DNA from: Guillardia theta CCMP2712
Lineage: Eukaryota; Protista; Cryptophyta
Assembly (NCBI RefSeq): GCF_000315625.1
Contig: NW_005434559.1
Span: 113,238-177,237 of the forward strand
Direction of reading: 5' to 3'
DNA length: 64,000 bases
A program made the position numbers and the translations under genes. The notes beneath the pieces are model-generated. The model was not told where the DNA came from. It saw nothing but the letters and a program-made list of their open reading frames with translations, and ran no database searches. Each line of letters starts with the position of its first letter. Positions within the stretch are counted from its first letter, which is position 1. Positions 1-17,200 of this stretch are shown here, in pieces.

Positions 1-4919
<4,919 letters not shown>

Positions 4920-5549
4920 CTGGCTGTCCGATCCTCCCGATTGAAGTGTCGTCGTTGCTAGCGCGGACTCAGAGCTGCAGCGATCGCGTGCCAAGACGTA
5001 CCTGACGAGTGTAACGAGGCGTCCTCGGGGCTCGTTTTGAGCACCCACGGCCTTCCAGAGAAGCGATCCTCTTGAACAAGGACGTCTATTCGAGACTTCT
5101 TCGTTGATTCATCTGCTGACATCTGTTCGGAGTCATTAGAAGATCAAAACCACCGTGCACATCACTTTCCGCCCTTCCTGTCTGGTCATGCAGTAGCTCA
5201 CATCGACCGCTAATCAACGACTCGAGCAAACAAGGACTAGGATCCCAGCGTCATGATGCATACTCTGCACAATATCTGACTGACTTTAGCCTGCATCTGA
5301 GCTCTCAACTCCCTCTTCCGCCGCCATTAGATGCCAGGCAGACTAGGTCAACAAAAATCTAGCCTTGCCAAACACAGCGCTCTCCTTGGTATTCCATAAC
5401 ATGATGTAACCATTGCAAGCACATCAGATGAGATGTTTCATCACATCATCATCATCTTCCCATCTCTCCCTCTCTCCTCCCGCCTCCCCCACCCCCGTAC
5501 TGTCTGCCATTTCCCTTCGTATCCCTGCCATGGCGGTGCCTAGAGGTTC

Positions 5550-7080
5550 GACCCTCATTTAAAAAAAGGTGATTTCCGTGGATCGAAAAGACGTTTTTCT
5601 ATTCATTAAAACATTTTAATAATCGAAAAACACTCATTTCGATTTTTGATATCCTTATTTTGACCCCACCCCTAGTTACCAAAAGGATGGACCACCGTGA
5701 TTGTGATGACCCCAGCCTGACATGACCCCACCACCTCATAAATCACATCAAATAACACTAAGTAACCGGTACATCAAAACACCCCCACCCAGAAGGACAC
5801 TTAGACCTGTGTATCCGACTACCCCTACTACCCCCCTTTTAGTCTATCCCGTCAGTTTGCTCCTTCAGGTTCCAATGTGGGGAGGATTTACAAGGTGGGG
5901 AATAGGGGTGGGGGGGTGGGGTGCGGCAGGAGGCAGCAGGGCTCTAATTGAGGTGAGAATGATGGGTGGGGTGTATAAGTCAAAACCTGAAGATGGGGTA
6001 GGGTGATTCAAGACCAAAGCGTAGGGTAGGTGGTGTATGGAGATAACACGAAAATGACCCTGCGAACAACATCAAAAGAGAGGGTACTCACAACGATACA
6101 CGGGGGTGGCGGTAGTTATACCTGTCACTCAATGGGGTGGGGGGTGGACCAAAAGAGAAGGGACAGGTGAAGGTGGGGTGGTCACTTTTACTAGGATGGT
6201 GCCGCAAACTAGAGGCACGACCTTGCAACCCCTTGAGAGGACCCCCACCCCCCTCCCTCCGTTTCGGGTGATCCTGTAAAGAGTAGGGTCCCCCTCAGGA
6301 AAGAATACACGGCAGCAACTAAACCCCAATAGACTCTCATTGGAAAATCTTCACTGCTTCCCAATTCAGCACTGCGGCGGGCCCACAGGGGTAATTGGCA
6401 TCTGGGGTCGAGCAGATTCAGTACTACTTGTAAGGCCTCGGGGCCTGGTGGGCCTGACTCTCAGGAGGAGGCACCGATCGCTCTACGTACTTCGCTGTAT
6501 CCGGCGGGGGTGTACTAAAACCAGTGAGGGGTGTATTGGGAGATAGGGGTACGTGGGGCGCAACTTTCAGTGGCCCCCGGTCTCAGAGGGGGGGCCTAGG
6601 GGGTGGTCAGTCTCTGCCTATCATCGTACCGGTCATGATCCAGGGGCTCAGCGGGTACCGTACCGCACGGTGACGGTGGGTTTGACCCGCCGGTGACGGC
6701 GGCGGGCTCCGTTTGACGGCTCCGAGTCCGAATGAAGCATACTCAGTGATCATAACGGTTTCCTTTCAAGTGGTCAGTACGGTCAACGGTTCAACGGTTA
6801 GTGTTGTGTTTCAGGGCCTGGATCACTGCCGCCGGATACCGTTAGATCACTCATCTCGGCTGAGTGATTTCTTGAACCGACGATTTTAACTTTTGGACTG
6901 CGAATCGGACGGCCGCCGTTGCCGGCAGTGTGGCAAGACCAAACTTGTGTCTGTCTCTTCAGTCTACTCCGGCTCTCAGTCCTGCCATTGTCCTCGTCCC
7001 GGCCCGCCGGGCTCACGGTACGCCGCCGGGCGGCGGCCGGGCGGCGCCGCGCGGCCCGGGTCATACTATAGACTGAGAGT
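5550..7080. promoter_or_regulatory. Divergent intergenic island (AT-rich block, ACCCC/GGGGT tracts, GC-rich arm)
   Basis: Composition differs sharply from the genic GAG/CTC-rich DNA; lies between the channel gene (-) and an ATG at 7131 (+). Confidence 0.5.
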
Positions 7081-7130
7081 TGCTTCTCTTGAAGTTTTAG
7101 TCAAATACCCCCTTCTTGCCGGGGCAAAAC

Positions 7131-7716
7131 ATGGCAGTGAGGTACGGTATGTGGACCTTCCGTTGGATATGGATGGATGGTGGTGGCGGTGGTGGAGGAG
7201 GAGGGGGATGATGATGTTGATGATGATGATGAGGAGGAGGAGGAGGAGGAGGAGGAGGAGGAGGATGGCAATATTTGAACCAAGAGATGATGGCTAATGG
7301 TGATCAGGTATTTGCAGACTGACCCCGGATGTAATACTTTCGGTCTTCAGTCTATCGACTGCAGCAATGTCCTCGTCCTAACAGGCTTCCCGCGCATTCA
7401 TCCTCTTCTACAAGTTTGAAGGCATCCCGCATCATGCCTCTGAGCGGCCATCCCCCCAAGTCGAGAATGCGGAAAACTTTCGTCCCACAGAACTCGCAGG
7501 CTCCCTACCTGCTTTTGCGGACAAGACGGAAGACAATCCACAGATGAGCGAAGAGGCAGGAAACATATGATTGACGCGAATCAATTGAATCACTTGTTGA
7601 GACTTCCATATGAATGAGTATCATCATGAAAGAAACTGAGAAAAATAAATTCCCGTCTTTTTCGACAATCCTCAAATTCATGGATTTGTTGAGTGTGTGG
7701 ACGACAAAGTTTCCGG
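7131..7716 (+). CDS. Small multi-exon hypothetical protein; 3' end unresolved
   Basis: aaaacATGgcagtgag|gt at 7131, a microsatellite intron, acceptor tttgcag at 7317, spliced MAVRLTPDVILS|ASRAFILFYKFE...; no family recognised. Confidence 0.35.
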
Positions 7717-7730
7717 GTTGTTCGACTCAA

Positions 7731-7837
7731 GGGGCAGCAGGGTCAGGAGGAGGAGGAGGAGCAGCAGCAGCAGCAGCCGCAGGGGCAGGAAAGGAGCAGG
7801 GGAAAACGCAAGAGCAGCAGTGGCAGCGGCGGCGGCA

Positions 7838-7876
<39 letters not shown>

Positions 7877-8257
7877 GCAGCAGCAGCAGGGGCGGCAGCA
7901 GGAGGAGCAGCTGCTGTAGAGGCAGTAGCAGGGGCAGGGGCACGGGCACGGGCAGAAGCAGGGGCAGGGGCAGCAGGGGCAGAAGCAGCAAGGTCAGGAG
8001 CAGCTGCAGCTGCAGCAGGGGCAGGAGTAGGGGCAGGAGCAGCAGCAGCAGCAGCAGCAGCAGGGGCAGGAGGAGGAGGAGGGGCAGGGGCAGGGGCAGG
8101 AGAAGGAGGAGGAGGTGGAGGAGGAGGAGGAGCAGCAGCAGCAGCAGGGGCAGGAGGAGGAGGAGGGGCAGGGGCAGGGGCAGGAGCGGGAGCAGGAGCA
8201 GGGGTAGGAAAGGAGTAGGTGAAGACGCAAGAGCAAGAGCAAGAGCAAGAGCAAGAG

Positions 8258-8309
<52 letters not shown>

Positions 8310-8400
8310 GTCAGGAGCAGCAGGGTCAGGAGCACCAGCACCAGCACCAGCACCAGCACCAGCACCAGCACCAGCACCAGCACCAGCAACAGCAACAGGG
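7731..8400. repeat. Compound GC-rich microsatellite (GCA, GGC, GCAGGG, GCAAGA, CCAGCA units)
   Basis: Direct read; source of poly-A/poly-Q/poly-L pseudo-ORFs. Confidence 0.9.
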
Positions 8401-9261
8401 GCAGAGACAAGAACTGCAGGACGAGGAGCCGTGTCTGCGTCTGACTCGACATGAGGTACAAGAGGATGGCAGGGCGAGAAGCTCAAGCGAAAGCGAGAAA
8501 GGAAAGATGAGGGGGAAAGAAGGGAATCGAAGTCAGGAAGAAGCTGAGGTTGATACGGACGATGGGCGAGGACGATCAGGAGGAAGAGAGGAGGAGGAGA
8601 ACAAAAGCATCGGCAAGTTAGACTGAGAAAGCCTCGAACAAGATGAATGATAAACAAATGGTGGGGAGAATCTGCTTGCCCTCGTGGACGAGACCTGCCT
8701 AAGAGATCGGAGCTCCTCCTTTGTTCCTCTTGCTTCCTACTTCTCCTCCCTTCCCCTTCTTGCTCCCTCCCTCTCTCCTCCTTCCTGCTTGTCCCTCGCC
8801 CTTCCTTGCTCCCCTCCTCCCCTCCTCCCCTGCTTCCTTCCCCTCGTCCCCTCCTCCTCTTCTTGCTTCTTCTCTTCCTCCTTTTTCTCGATCTTGCTTC
8901 TACTTCTTCCTCCCTTCTTCCTCCCTTCTTGCTTTGCTTTCTCTCCCTCTCTCCCTTCTCCCTCCCTTTCTCGTCAGCTCGTCTTGTGCTGGCCGCTGGA
9001 TCACATTGAGTGGAGGAAGTAAGAGGGAGGAGAGCGAGAATCTGCAGAGGTGAGAAGAGGAGGGAGCAGAGAGGGAGGAGGGAGGGGAGCAGGAGGGGAG
9101 GAGGGAGGGGAGCAGGAAGGGAGGAGGGAGGAGGGGGAGGGAAGACCAGATTGTGAAACGAGCGCGCACGGTTGAAGATGGTTGAGGGTCATTGGAATTT
9201 TTAGGTCGGTGAGGAGCAGGAAAGAGAGGGAGGGCCAGGAATGACGGTGAATAGTGGTTAC

Positions 9262-9358
9262 AGGAGAGGAGAGGAGAGAGGAGAGGAGAGGAGAGGAGAG
9301 GAGAGGAGAGGAGAGGAGAGGAGAGGAGAGGAGAGGAGAGGAGAGGAGAGGAGAGGAG
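9262..9358. repeat. (GAGAG)n microsatellite
   Basis: Direct read. Confidence 0.95.
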
Positions 9359-9510
9359 TGACAGATGTTGAAGCGAGGAGGAGCGAGGAGTGCAGAGCTT
9401 TAGAGTAAGCAAGCAGCAAGAGTAGGAGCGTGCAGAGAACAAGACAAGAAATGTGTGAACCAAGTCTTTACTTGAGCAACATCGCTACTCTAGCAAGACA
9501 GGCAAGCAAT

Positions 9511-12500
9511 TTAGTCCTCCTCGGAGTCGGAGGGGAGGCCGGCGGCCCTGCGCTGAGCCTTCTTCTTCTCGAGCTTCTTCTGATCGCGGGCAGACAGCTT
9601 CTTCTCCTTCTTGACCTTGATCACGTTGCCGAGCGAGTCCATCACCTCATCAGGAGCCTCGTTGGCGCTCGCGTCGATCTTCTCGTCCGCAGCGACCTCT
9701 CCCTCGCGCCGCAGCTCTCCGTTCTCAACCACCCAGCGCTCGGGGCAGAGAGCCTCGGTGAACTCGCGGTTGTGGGAGATGAGAACAACTCCTCCTCCGT
9801 ACTTGCGGATGGCTCCAGCCAAGGCGCCGAGGGAGTCGCGGTCGAGGTAGTTGGTGGGCTCGTCCATGACCAGGATATGAGGATTGTTCCACATAGCACC
9901 AGCGATCACCACCTTGACCTTCTGTCCTCCGGACAAGCCGCGGATGCGAGAGTGAGTAGCAAACTCAGCCTCCAGGCCCATGTCGCCGAGCTGCTTCTCC
10001 ACGAACTTGGTGGTCAGCGGGCGGCTGGCCAGACCAGCCCTGAGCGCCTCCTGCTGGTCGAGGCGCTGGACCATCTTGCCCCATCCCATCTCCTCGAGCT
10101 TCTCGCGCTCGATCCAGGTGTTGTTCTCCTCCGACTTGTTGAGCCACTTCACCTCGTACTCGTAGGAGCGCTTCGTCTTGCGGCGAGACCTCAGAGCCTC
10201 GATGATGCGCTTCTCGACGGTGCCGTCATCGTTGCGGATGACGTGGACCTTCTCGAGGTTGTCCTCCTCCTCCTTGGTCATCTTCCTCGCCTCCTGCTCG
10301 TTAGCCTCCCTGTCCTCGCCCGAGCTGTACCTCCACTGGATGTACTCGTTGGGCGTCTGGTCAAGGTGGTTCTCCAAGTGATGGAAAGCGTGCTGGGCAA
10401 CGTAGGCGACGCGCATGTTCTGGTGGCGCCACACGGTACCCTCAGTCGGCTTCGTCTCTCCGCAGAACATCTTGATGATGGTCGACTTGCCAGCTCCGTT
10501 GGGTCCGACGACGGCAACCCTGGAAGACAACGACGCCTGCAGAGTGATGTTGCGGACCGTGGGCTTGTCGCGTCCAGGGTAGGTGTAGGTGCAGCGGTCC
10601 ATCTTGATGATCGCCTTGCCCTTGGACTTGATGCCGTCGAGGAGGCCGGGCTCAGGGAAGGTGAAGCTGATGTTCTCATCGCTGAGCTCGTAGTAGGTCT
10701 TGGCCCTGGGCACGCGCTTGACGAAGGCGGACAAGTTGCCCTTGTAGTTCTTGAGCTTGCGGTTCTCCTCGTAGTGGATGATGTGAGTAACCACACGGTC
10801 AAGGAAGCCAGAGTCGTGAGTGATGATGAGGGAGGTAACCTTGTCCTGGCTGGTCAAGAAGTTCTCGAGCCATGCAACGTTCTTGACGTCCAAGTGGTTG
10901 GTGGGCTCGTCGAGGAGGAGGATGTCGGCGTTCATCAGGATGGCGCGGCAGAGCGCGAGCTTCATCTTCCATCCTCCGGAAAGGCCGGAGATGCAGGCGT
11001 TAATGTTGGCAGGGGAGGAGTCGTCAGCCTTGAAGCCGAACTCGTCCAACTTGGCGATGATGTCATCCCTGGACCTGTCGGGGACGAGCTTGCACACGTA
11101 GTCGACGATGTTGAGGTCCGAGAGGTCGCCCTGGATGTCGTGCTCCACGTACACGGTCTTGAGCACGTCGGGAGGAGGGAAGTTCTCAACCTGCCCGTTG
11201 GCGATGGCCTTCATCAGAGTAGACTTGCCGCATCCGTTGTGGCCGCACACGCCATAGCGCTTGCCGCGCTTCAAGTGAAGGCGGGTGTTGTTGAGAAGGA
11301 TCTTGGCTCCGTAACCCAGCGAGAACTCGCAGTTGCAGAGATCCTCTCCCTCGTCGTCCTCGTCCTCAGCGGCGTCCTTGGGCACGCAAGACTTGTAGCA
11401 CTGGGCGTACGCGGCCTTGCACACGGCCTCGGCGTCAGCCTGGGGCATGAAGGGAGCGAGGTAGGGGCAGACTCCCTCGAACTTCCACTGCTCCTCCTCG
11501 AACAACATGCCGTCGATCATGCCGGAAAGGAGGCAGGCGACATACTCCAGCGAAACACGGAAGGTCTTGTCGTCGAGCTTGGTTCCCGGGACGTTGGCGG
11601 TGATGGCCTCCTCGAGGACCTTGAGCACATCCTCGGGCTCCATCTTCTTGGACGCCTCGAAGGCCTCGGCGCTCTCCTTGATGTTCTTGAGAGTCTTGAG
11701 GGCACGAGTAGCCACGGAGCGGGCCTCGGGGTCGGACATCTCAGTGGAGAGACGCTCGATGGCGGGTAGGAGCTCGGGAAGGAAGGTGGTGGCCTCGTGC
11801 GCATAGTCGATGAGCTTACACATGTTGTCGGCGATGACGCAGACACGGCGCTTCGACTCGATCTTCTTCTCGTTGCAGCCACGCATGAGGATGGGGACGG
11901 TGATGGAGAGCGCGGGGTTGTCGACAGACTGCACGAAGACGGTGGAAGAGAGCTTGTGGAGGGTCTCGGGGATCTCCTCGGGGTTCTTGATGGACTGGAT
12001 CACAGCAGGGATGAAGGGACGGATATCCCTGTTCTGGCAAGTCTCCATGGCCTTGAGGGTTGCGTACTCGGCAGCCTCCTTCACGTCCTTCTTGCTGTCC
12101 CACATGGCGGCGGAGACAACAGGCATGACCTGGTAGAGGGAGCGGGAGAAGGGAACCTGCGACTTCTCGGCGAGCTGTCCAAGGAGGCGGAGGGACCACA
12201 TCTTGGTCTGCCAGTTGGTCTCGGCGATTCCCGCGAAGAGCATGCCCTGCACGTTCTTGATCGCCTGAGGGCAGACGATCTCGATGATGGCAGGGCCGGC
12301 AGCCTCAGCGGCAGCGCGGACCTCAGCCTTCTTCTTGTCCGCCACGCACGAGAGGACCGGGGCGAGGAAGGGCACGAGGAAGGGCTCGGCCTTGGCTCCG
12401 ACAGCCTCGGCGCATCCCTTGATGGCATAGAGCGCGGGCTCGGCGGTGCTGCGGTCCTCAATGAGCTTGTGAAGGTGCTCGACCACTCCGCACTCCACAA

Positions 12501-12744
12501 ACGCTTTGACACCCGCAGCCTTGACCAGCTCGCCGAGCTCAGCTCCAGCCTTGATGGCGTCGTTGCCAGCCTTGGCACCAAGGCCCGTGAGGGCCTCGGA
12601 GATCGAGGCAGCTGCCTTGGGATCGACGGAGGAGCCGGTCATGTTGGCGGACATGAACTCCACGTTGTCGAAACTGAGAGTCTTGGGGAGAGTCTTAGCG
12701 TCGACGGGAGCATCCGCGGCAGGAGCAGCAGCAAGCGACGCCAT
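9511..12744 (-). CDS. eEF3: Translation elongation factor 3 (eEF3/YEF3-like ABC-F ATPase), intronless
   Basis: N-terminal HEAT region (IETNWQTK-like; VMPVVSAAMWDSKKDVK), LCNCEFSLGYGAKILLNNT, Walker A GHNGCGKST and GPNGAGKST, two LSGG signatures, DEPTN, chromodomain-like insert RRKTKRSYEYEVKW, K-rich tail. ATG at 12744 (MASLAAAP). Confidence 0.97.
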   Translation of the reverse strand: MASLAAAPAADAPVDAKTLPKTLSFDNVEFMSANMTGSSVDPKAAASISEALTGLGAKAGNDAIKAGAELGELVKAAGVKAFVECGVVEHLHKLIEDRSTAEPALYAIKGCAEAVGAKAEPFLVPFLAPVLSCVADKKKAEVRAAAEAAGPAIIEIVCPQAIKNVQGMLFAGIAETNWQTKMWSLRLLGQLAEKSQVPFSRSLYQVMPVVSAAMWDSKKDVKEAAEYATLKAMETCQNRDIRPFIPAVIQSIKNPEEIPETLHKLSSTVFVQSVDNPALSITVPILMRGCNEKKIESKRRVCVIADNMCKLIDYAHEATTFLPELLPAIERLSTEMSDPEARSVATRALKTLKNIKESAEAFEASKKMEPEDVLKVLEEAITANVPGTKLDDKTFRVSLEYVACLLSGMIDGMLFEEEQWKFEGVCPYLAPFMPQADAEAVCKAAYAQCYKSCVPKDAAEDEDDEGEDLCNCEFSLGYGAKILLNNTRLHLKRGKRYGVCGHNGCGKSTLMKAIANGQVENFPPPDVLKTVYVEHDIQGDLSDLNIVDYVCKLVPDRSRDDIIAKLDEFGFKADDSSPANINACISGLSGGWKMKLALCRAILMNADILLLDEPTNHLDVKNVAWLENFLTSQDKVTSLIITHDSGFLDRVVTHIIHYEENRKLKNYKGNLSAFVKRVPRAKTYYELSDENISFTFPEPGLLDGIKSKGKAIIKMDRCTYTYPGRDKPTVRNITLQASLSSRVAVVGPNGAGKSTIIKMFCGETKPTEGTVWRHQNMRVAYVAQHAFHHLENHLDQTPNEYIQWRYSSGEDREANEQEARKMTKEEEDNLEKVHVIRNDDGTVEKRIIEALRSRRKTKRSYEYEVKWLNKSEENNTWIEREKLEEMGWGKMVQRLDQQEALRAGLASRPLTTKFVEKQLGDMGLEAEFATHSRIRGLSGGQKVKVVIAGAMWNNPHILVMDEPTNYLDRDSLGALAGAIRKYGGGVVLISHNREFTEALCPERWVVENGELRREGEVAADEKIDASANEAPDEVMDSLGNVIKVKKEKKLSARDQKKLEKKKAQRRAAGLPSDSEED

Positions 12745-12779
12745 GGGAGCGAGCGAGTGACGGAAAGGCGGGAGGGTGG

Positions 12780-14150
12780 AGATTTTATGGAGGGCTCCCT
12801 TGAATGTGCGACTACCCAAGGTAAGCCATAGATTGTAAGGGGTGGGGTATGTGTAGAAGGGGTGATCAAGCAAGAAATTGAAGGTAAAAGAGGGGGTAGG
12901 GTGGTGGATCCTTTTCTGTAGTTTTGAGACTCGTGAGGGGCATGCTTGAATAGTAGGGGTACAAAAGAGGGGTAGGGGTACTGGTTCTAACAGATCTTGT
13001 GCCATAGAGGAGTTTTTTTTATACGCACGAGGGCAAATTGTATCCGAGAGTTTTGAAATAAAATTTTAAACTTTTCCTGTTTATTTGAAATTAAAGAAAT
13101 CAAATTCGTGGTGGATGAAGCGTGCCAATTGAATATAGTTGAACCACATCTGCGAAAACTTCAAATGTTTTAGAAAATGTTCATATTTTACCCTTTAATT
13201 TCGTGGGAGCACACGAAAGGCACGTGACGCCCCTTCCTGACTTCAGGGAGATTTAAATCTTCGAAAACAAGTGTTTTCAAAATTTACTTCACAGGCTTGC
13301 AAGTGCACTGACCCTACCCTCCCTGCCCCTCAAATCTCGTAACTGGCATGACCCCACCCCTGTCTTTATATCATATTTGGTACTGAAACATACCCCTATG
13401 AACAGCATCTACGAATGACCACCCCATGAAGGTGCAACGCCTGATGTTTAGTCACACGGGGTGCAAGCAAGGGCCACGTGGGGTATTGCAAGGAGGAAGG
13501 AGGGGTTGATATACCCGCGGTGTTGCGCTAATAACCACCGGTGCCTGGGCCTCTTTTTATGGATCCTGTGGATCACCTGAGGGTGGGTGGTCCTACCACA
13601 AGGTAAAACTCACTTTTTAAAATCTCGTGGGAAGACCCTCTGCTCTATTTCCGTCAACTTTTTCCCGACTCGGCCGCTAGTCTGACCGTTCGACGGTCCG
13701 TCTGACCGGCGTCGGACCGGAGGCGGCAGCCCGGCCCCCGGCTCACTGGCCGGGCCTGAGTCAGCCGCCCGCCGGCGGCCGGCCCGGCCCGCGGCACTCG
13801 GCGGCCGGCCCTGTTGACTCGAAAGCAACGCGGGGGTCACCGTGGCACGGCGGCACCCGCCGCCGGGCCCCCGGGCCCGGGTGCGACTCCGGAGTCCGCG
13901 ACTTGAAGTTGAACTCAGCCACCGTCACGGGGGCCTCAGCGCAGGGGCGGAGTCCCACAGTGGCCAGCGGATTCGACGGACGGTCACGGGCCCGGGGCGC
14001 CGCGGGGCGGCCGGCCGCGCACTGGGGCAACTGAACTGCCACTATGCCGCGGCCGCGCCCCGCCGGTCCATATAGTATCACGGCGGGCGGGCCGGGCCGC
14101 TCGACGCCGAGGCGGGCCGGGAGCCGTTTGATCCCACAAAGCTGCCGGCA
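12780..14150. promoter_or_regulatory. Divergent intergenic island between eEF3 and the GT23 fusion gene
   Basis: GGGGT tract, AT block 13010-13290, ACCCC tract, very GC-rich arm 13660-14150. Confidence 0.5.
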
Positions 14151-14290
14151 TGGGAGGGGAGGGGAGAGGGAGAGGTGGTGGAGAGGAGAGGGAGAGCTGC
14201 TGAGGGGAAGGAGAGCTGCTGAAAGGGGAGCAAGGGAGCTATTAGCAGTCATCCAAGAGATCTAGAGGGGAGGGGAGGGAGCAAGAAGCC

Positions 14291-17200
14291 ATGGCGACCA
14301 GCCGTGTGAGGTTGCATGGGATTGTCGAGGTTTCAACACTGACTTGCTAACAGTGATCCCCTCTGGACCTGACACCAAGACGACGAACTTCTGATGAAGG
14401 ATCTAGCGCGCGCAAGCGCTTCTTCCTAACAGGGGATACATCAGAAACAATACACGTTCTCCCCATCACCTCGATGCCTTGGAGGACGCATCGGAAGAGT
14501 GACACTCTGCAATGCTGCAACAGTGCCGTCCTGGTCTTTCTCGCTCTCTCTCCTCTCCTCATCAGTGCAGCTGGAGATCCGCGCAAAGGAGCTACCTCCA
14601 GTGCGACGTCCAAGAAGCGCTTCATGGCTGGAAGCCGGGCATGCCAAGGGCAACTCCCTGGTCTGTCTTCAGGGATCAAGTCACTGAGCCGAGTGGAGTG
14701 CGAGATCCTAGAAGCTCTGTGGAGGATGAACCACCCCGACGACTGCTCCAGGTACTCGCAACTCAATCCCTGGGAGGGGCTCTGAACTACCTGCCACCAG
14801 CGCTAGGGTCCTCGTCCTGGACTTCGACGGTTTTCAAGGTGACGGGTTCGCCAGCATCGTTCACCGCACCGCGTCCTCCATCGCCGAAGCCTTCTACGAG
14901 AACCGGACGGTCGTGCTGGGCCCTACCGCCCTGGCGTACAAACCTGGTCCATGGAACTGTGCTGGGCATGACCTGTTCTGGTTCAGATGACTTGCAGAGG
15001 AGGAGGAGAGTGACGAGTTTTGACAGCTACTTCCTCCCCTTCACTGCGTGTGGCCTCGAGGACACAACGGCGCAGGAGAGGGTAAGGCAACTTTCAGCTA
15101 CACTGCCGCGTGATCCTCCTCCTTCTCGTCCTTGCAGGCGCTCCTGTACCAGGATGGCTTCGACGACGCCAGCCGACTGAAGCTTGCGGACGAGGTCCTT
15201 GGCCGACCTTCCTACCTTATGCTGCTGACGAAGAGCAGATGCGGGGAAACGTAGCTGCCCTCGTCTGTCCAGTCGAGTTCAGAGACGAACTCAGGAGGGC
15301 CTTGGGCGATGACTCTCCTGATTCCCTCGTGCATCAAACGTGGACTTCTCTTGTGTACAACTTCGTGTTCAGGCCGAGAAAGGAGGCAGGGAAGGCGGTG
15401 TGAAGTTTGTCCTCCTTAACCTGCCCCAGGTTCTCGAGTTTCTGTGGAAGGAAGCTGTGTGGATGGGATGGACGGGTAGCGTGAAAGACGATCTGAAGAT
15501 GGTCGGAGTGCATGTCCGGAGAGGAGACACGCAGGCAAACCTTGTCGTACATGAATCGTGTCTGCAAGTGTTGTTAATATTTCGTATCTTATCACATCGA
15601 ACTTGCCATGCAACTGTCTCGTTCGACGATTGAACTTGTTGTGATGTCTTTTCACTCTGGTCTCAACACAAACTTCGATGTGTTCATCGTTCTTCTCTTC
15701 TACCACACGATGAGTTCCCTCTGACTTGCACGAGCAGCATGCAACATGGAAGAAGCAGACTTACGAGCTCTCTGCTTACCTCGATGCTGGTCTCGAGCAG
15801 GCAGCGCTCGCGGGATCGCGCCACCTGTACATCGCGACTGACTCTCCGAGGGTTGCGAGCGAGCTTCAAGACGTGCCCTCCGACAGCAGAGACGTGTTCA
15901 GCCTCGTTCGCCTCATCGTTCCCAAGAGACAAAGACTTCCGGAACGGTGGATACGAGACCAGGTATGGTCTGAAGTCTGAAGCTCCTCCTGCCATCTGCT
16001 CTTCGCCCATGACTCGTCTCGTGACTTGGAGCTGTAGGCCGACTCAGTCGCGAGCTTCGCACAAGCGCGAGGGGGGAAGGAAGCGCAAACTCTTGCGATT
16101 GTGAGACGGGAGGAGGGGAGACGAGGCTCTGACCTGCTCGCGTCCTCCAGGAGTCTTTGTCGGACATCTTCTTCCTCTCCGAGTGCGACGGCCTGGTTGG
16201 AACTGGCTCCTCCCACTTCGTTGCTGTTGCCAACGCTCTGAGGCCGATCAAGGGCAAGACCCTTCCGCCCTGTGACTCTGCTTGCTACGTCACCATCGCA
16301 AACTGACGTCATTCCCCCCGCAGTCTATCTGGACGCCAACAACCTCCAACGAGGCCTCAACAGCGTCGGCCTCTTCCACATCGCCAACCTCCCGCAGCAG
16401 CAGGAGGAACTCAAGGCTCTTCGCTGGCAACTTGTACGCCAGCGATTCGTCGCCAACAGCCTCGCACCTCTAGAGTCAGGTCCAAGCCTCCGCTGCCCAA
16501 CTGGATGGTCCCTTACAGCTGCTGCTGGGCAGGCGCTGAGTTCTACTTCGACGTCCAGCTGGGAATGCCTCGGGTCCCCGTCAGGCTGTTCGACAAGGAG
16601 GTGCTCAAGTGGAACGTGACCGCTCCTCTGCTGGACGTGTGCCCAACCCAGCACCTCCCCAGCAGGACCTGGGGTGCAGCTGAAGTTGTCAATCTTGGCG
16701 CAAAGCTGCACGGCCTGATGAAGTTCAGGGCTGCCTTGTCATGCTTCTTGACAGCCGCGCAGCTGGGAAACAACCCCGAACACAAGGAGGTGGGGAATCA
16801 ATCAAACTCAACCTGCATGGAGTCGCCTATGATGATGATGATGGTGATGATAGTGATGATGATGATGACGACGATGGAGATGGAGATGGAGATGGAGATG
16901 GAGATGGAGATGGGGATGGAGATTGAGGTGGAGATGGAGATGACGAGGACGATGATGATAATGATGAGAACGAGGGCGAGGACGAGGACGAGGACGAGGG
17001 CGAGGGGGGAGGACGAGGACGAGGAAGTGGGCGAGGACGAGGAAGAGGACGAAGAGTGAGATGGAGACGATGATGATTTGCAAGCAGATTGCTCGACAGA
17101 ATGCTGAAGTCTTGCGTCGGGACGTAGCTGGTTTTCTGTCTCGCACGACACTATCTCCAAGGGAGAACAGGAGCGGAGCTGGACGACCAGCCAGGGAAGA

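Noticed and set aside
5550-7080. Intergenic islands as transposon or viral insertions
   Set aside because: No terminal repeats, target duplications or transposase/RT ORFs seen; kept only as compositional islands
7340-7720. Minus-strand reading GACEFCGTKVFRIL resembling a small zinc-ribbon family
   Set aside because: Only one CxxC and no supported start; the plus-strand model has better start and splice signals
7693-9463. Poly-Ala/Gln/Leu/Ser ORFs here and at 26.9-27.6, 30.0-31.2 and 32.4-32.9 kb
   Set aside because: Translations of microsatellites
9430-12831. Long plus-strand ORFs (779 aa, 344 aa) opposite eEF3
   Set aside because: Antisense shadows produced by strong GC3 codon bias; no motifs
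12745-13005. 87-aa N-terminal extension of the eEF3 ORF
   Set aside because: Lies in the ACCCC-rich island with non-coding composition; the eEF3-like sequence and codon bias begin at ATG 12744
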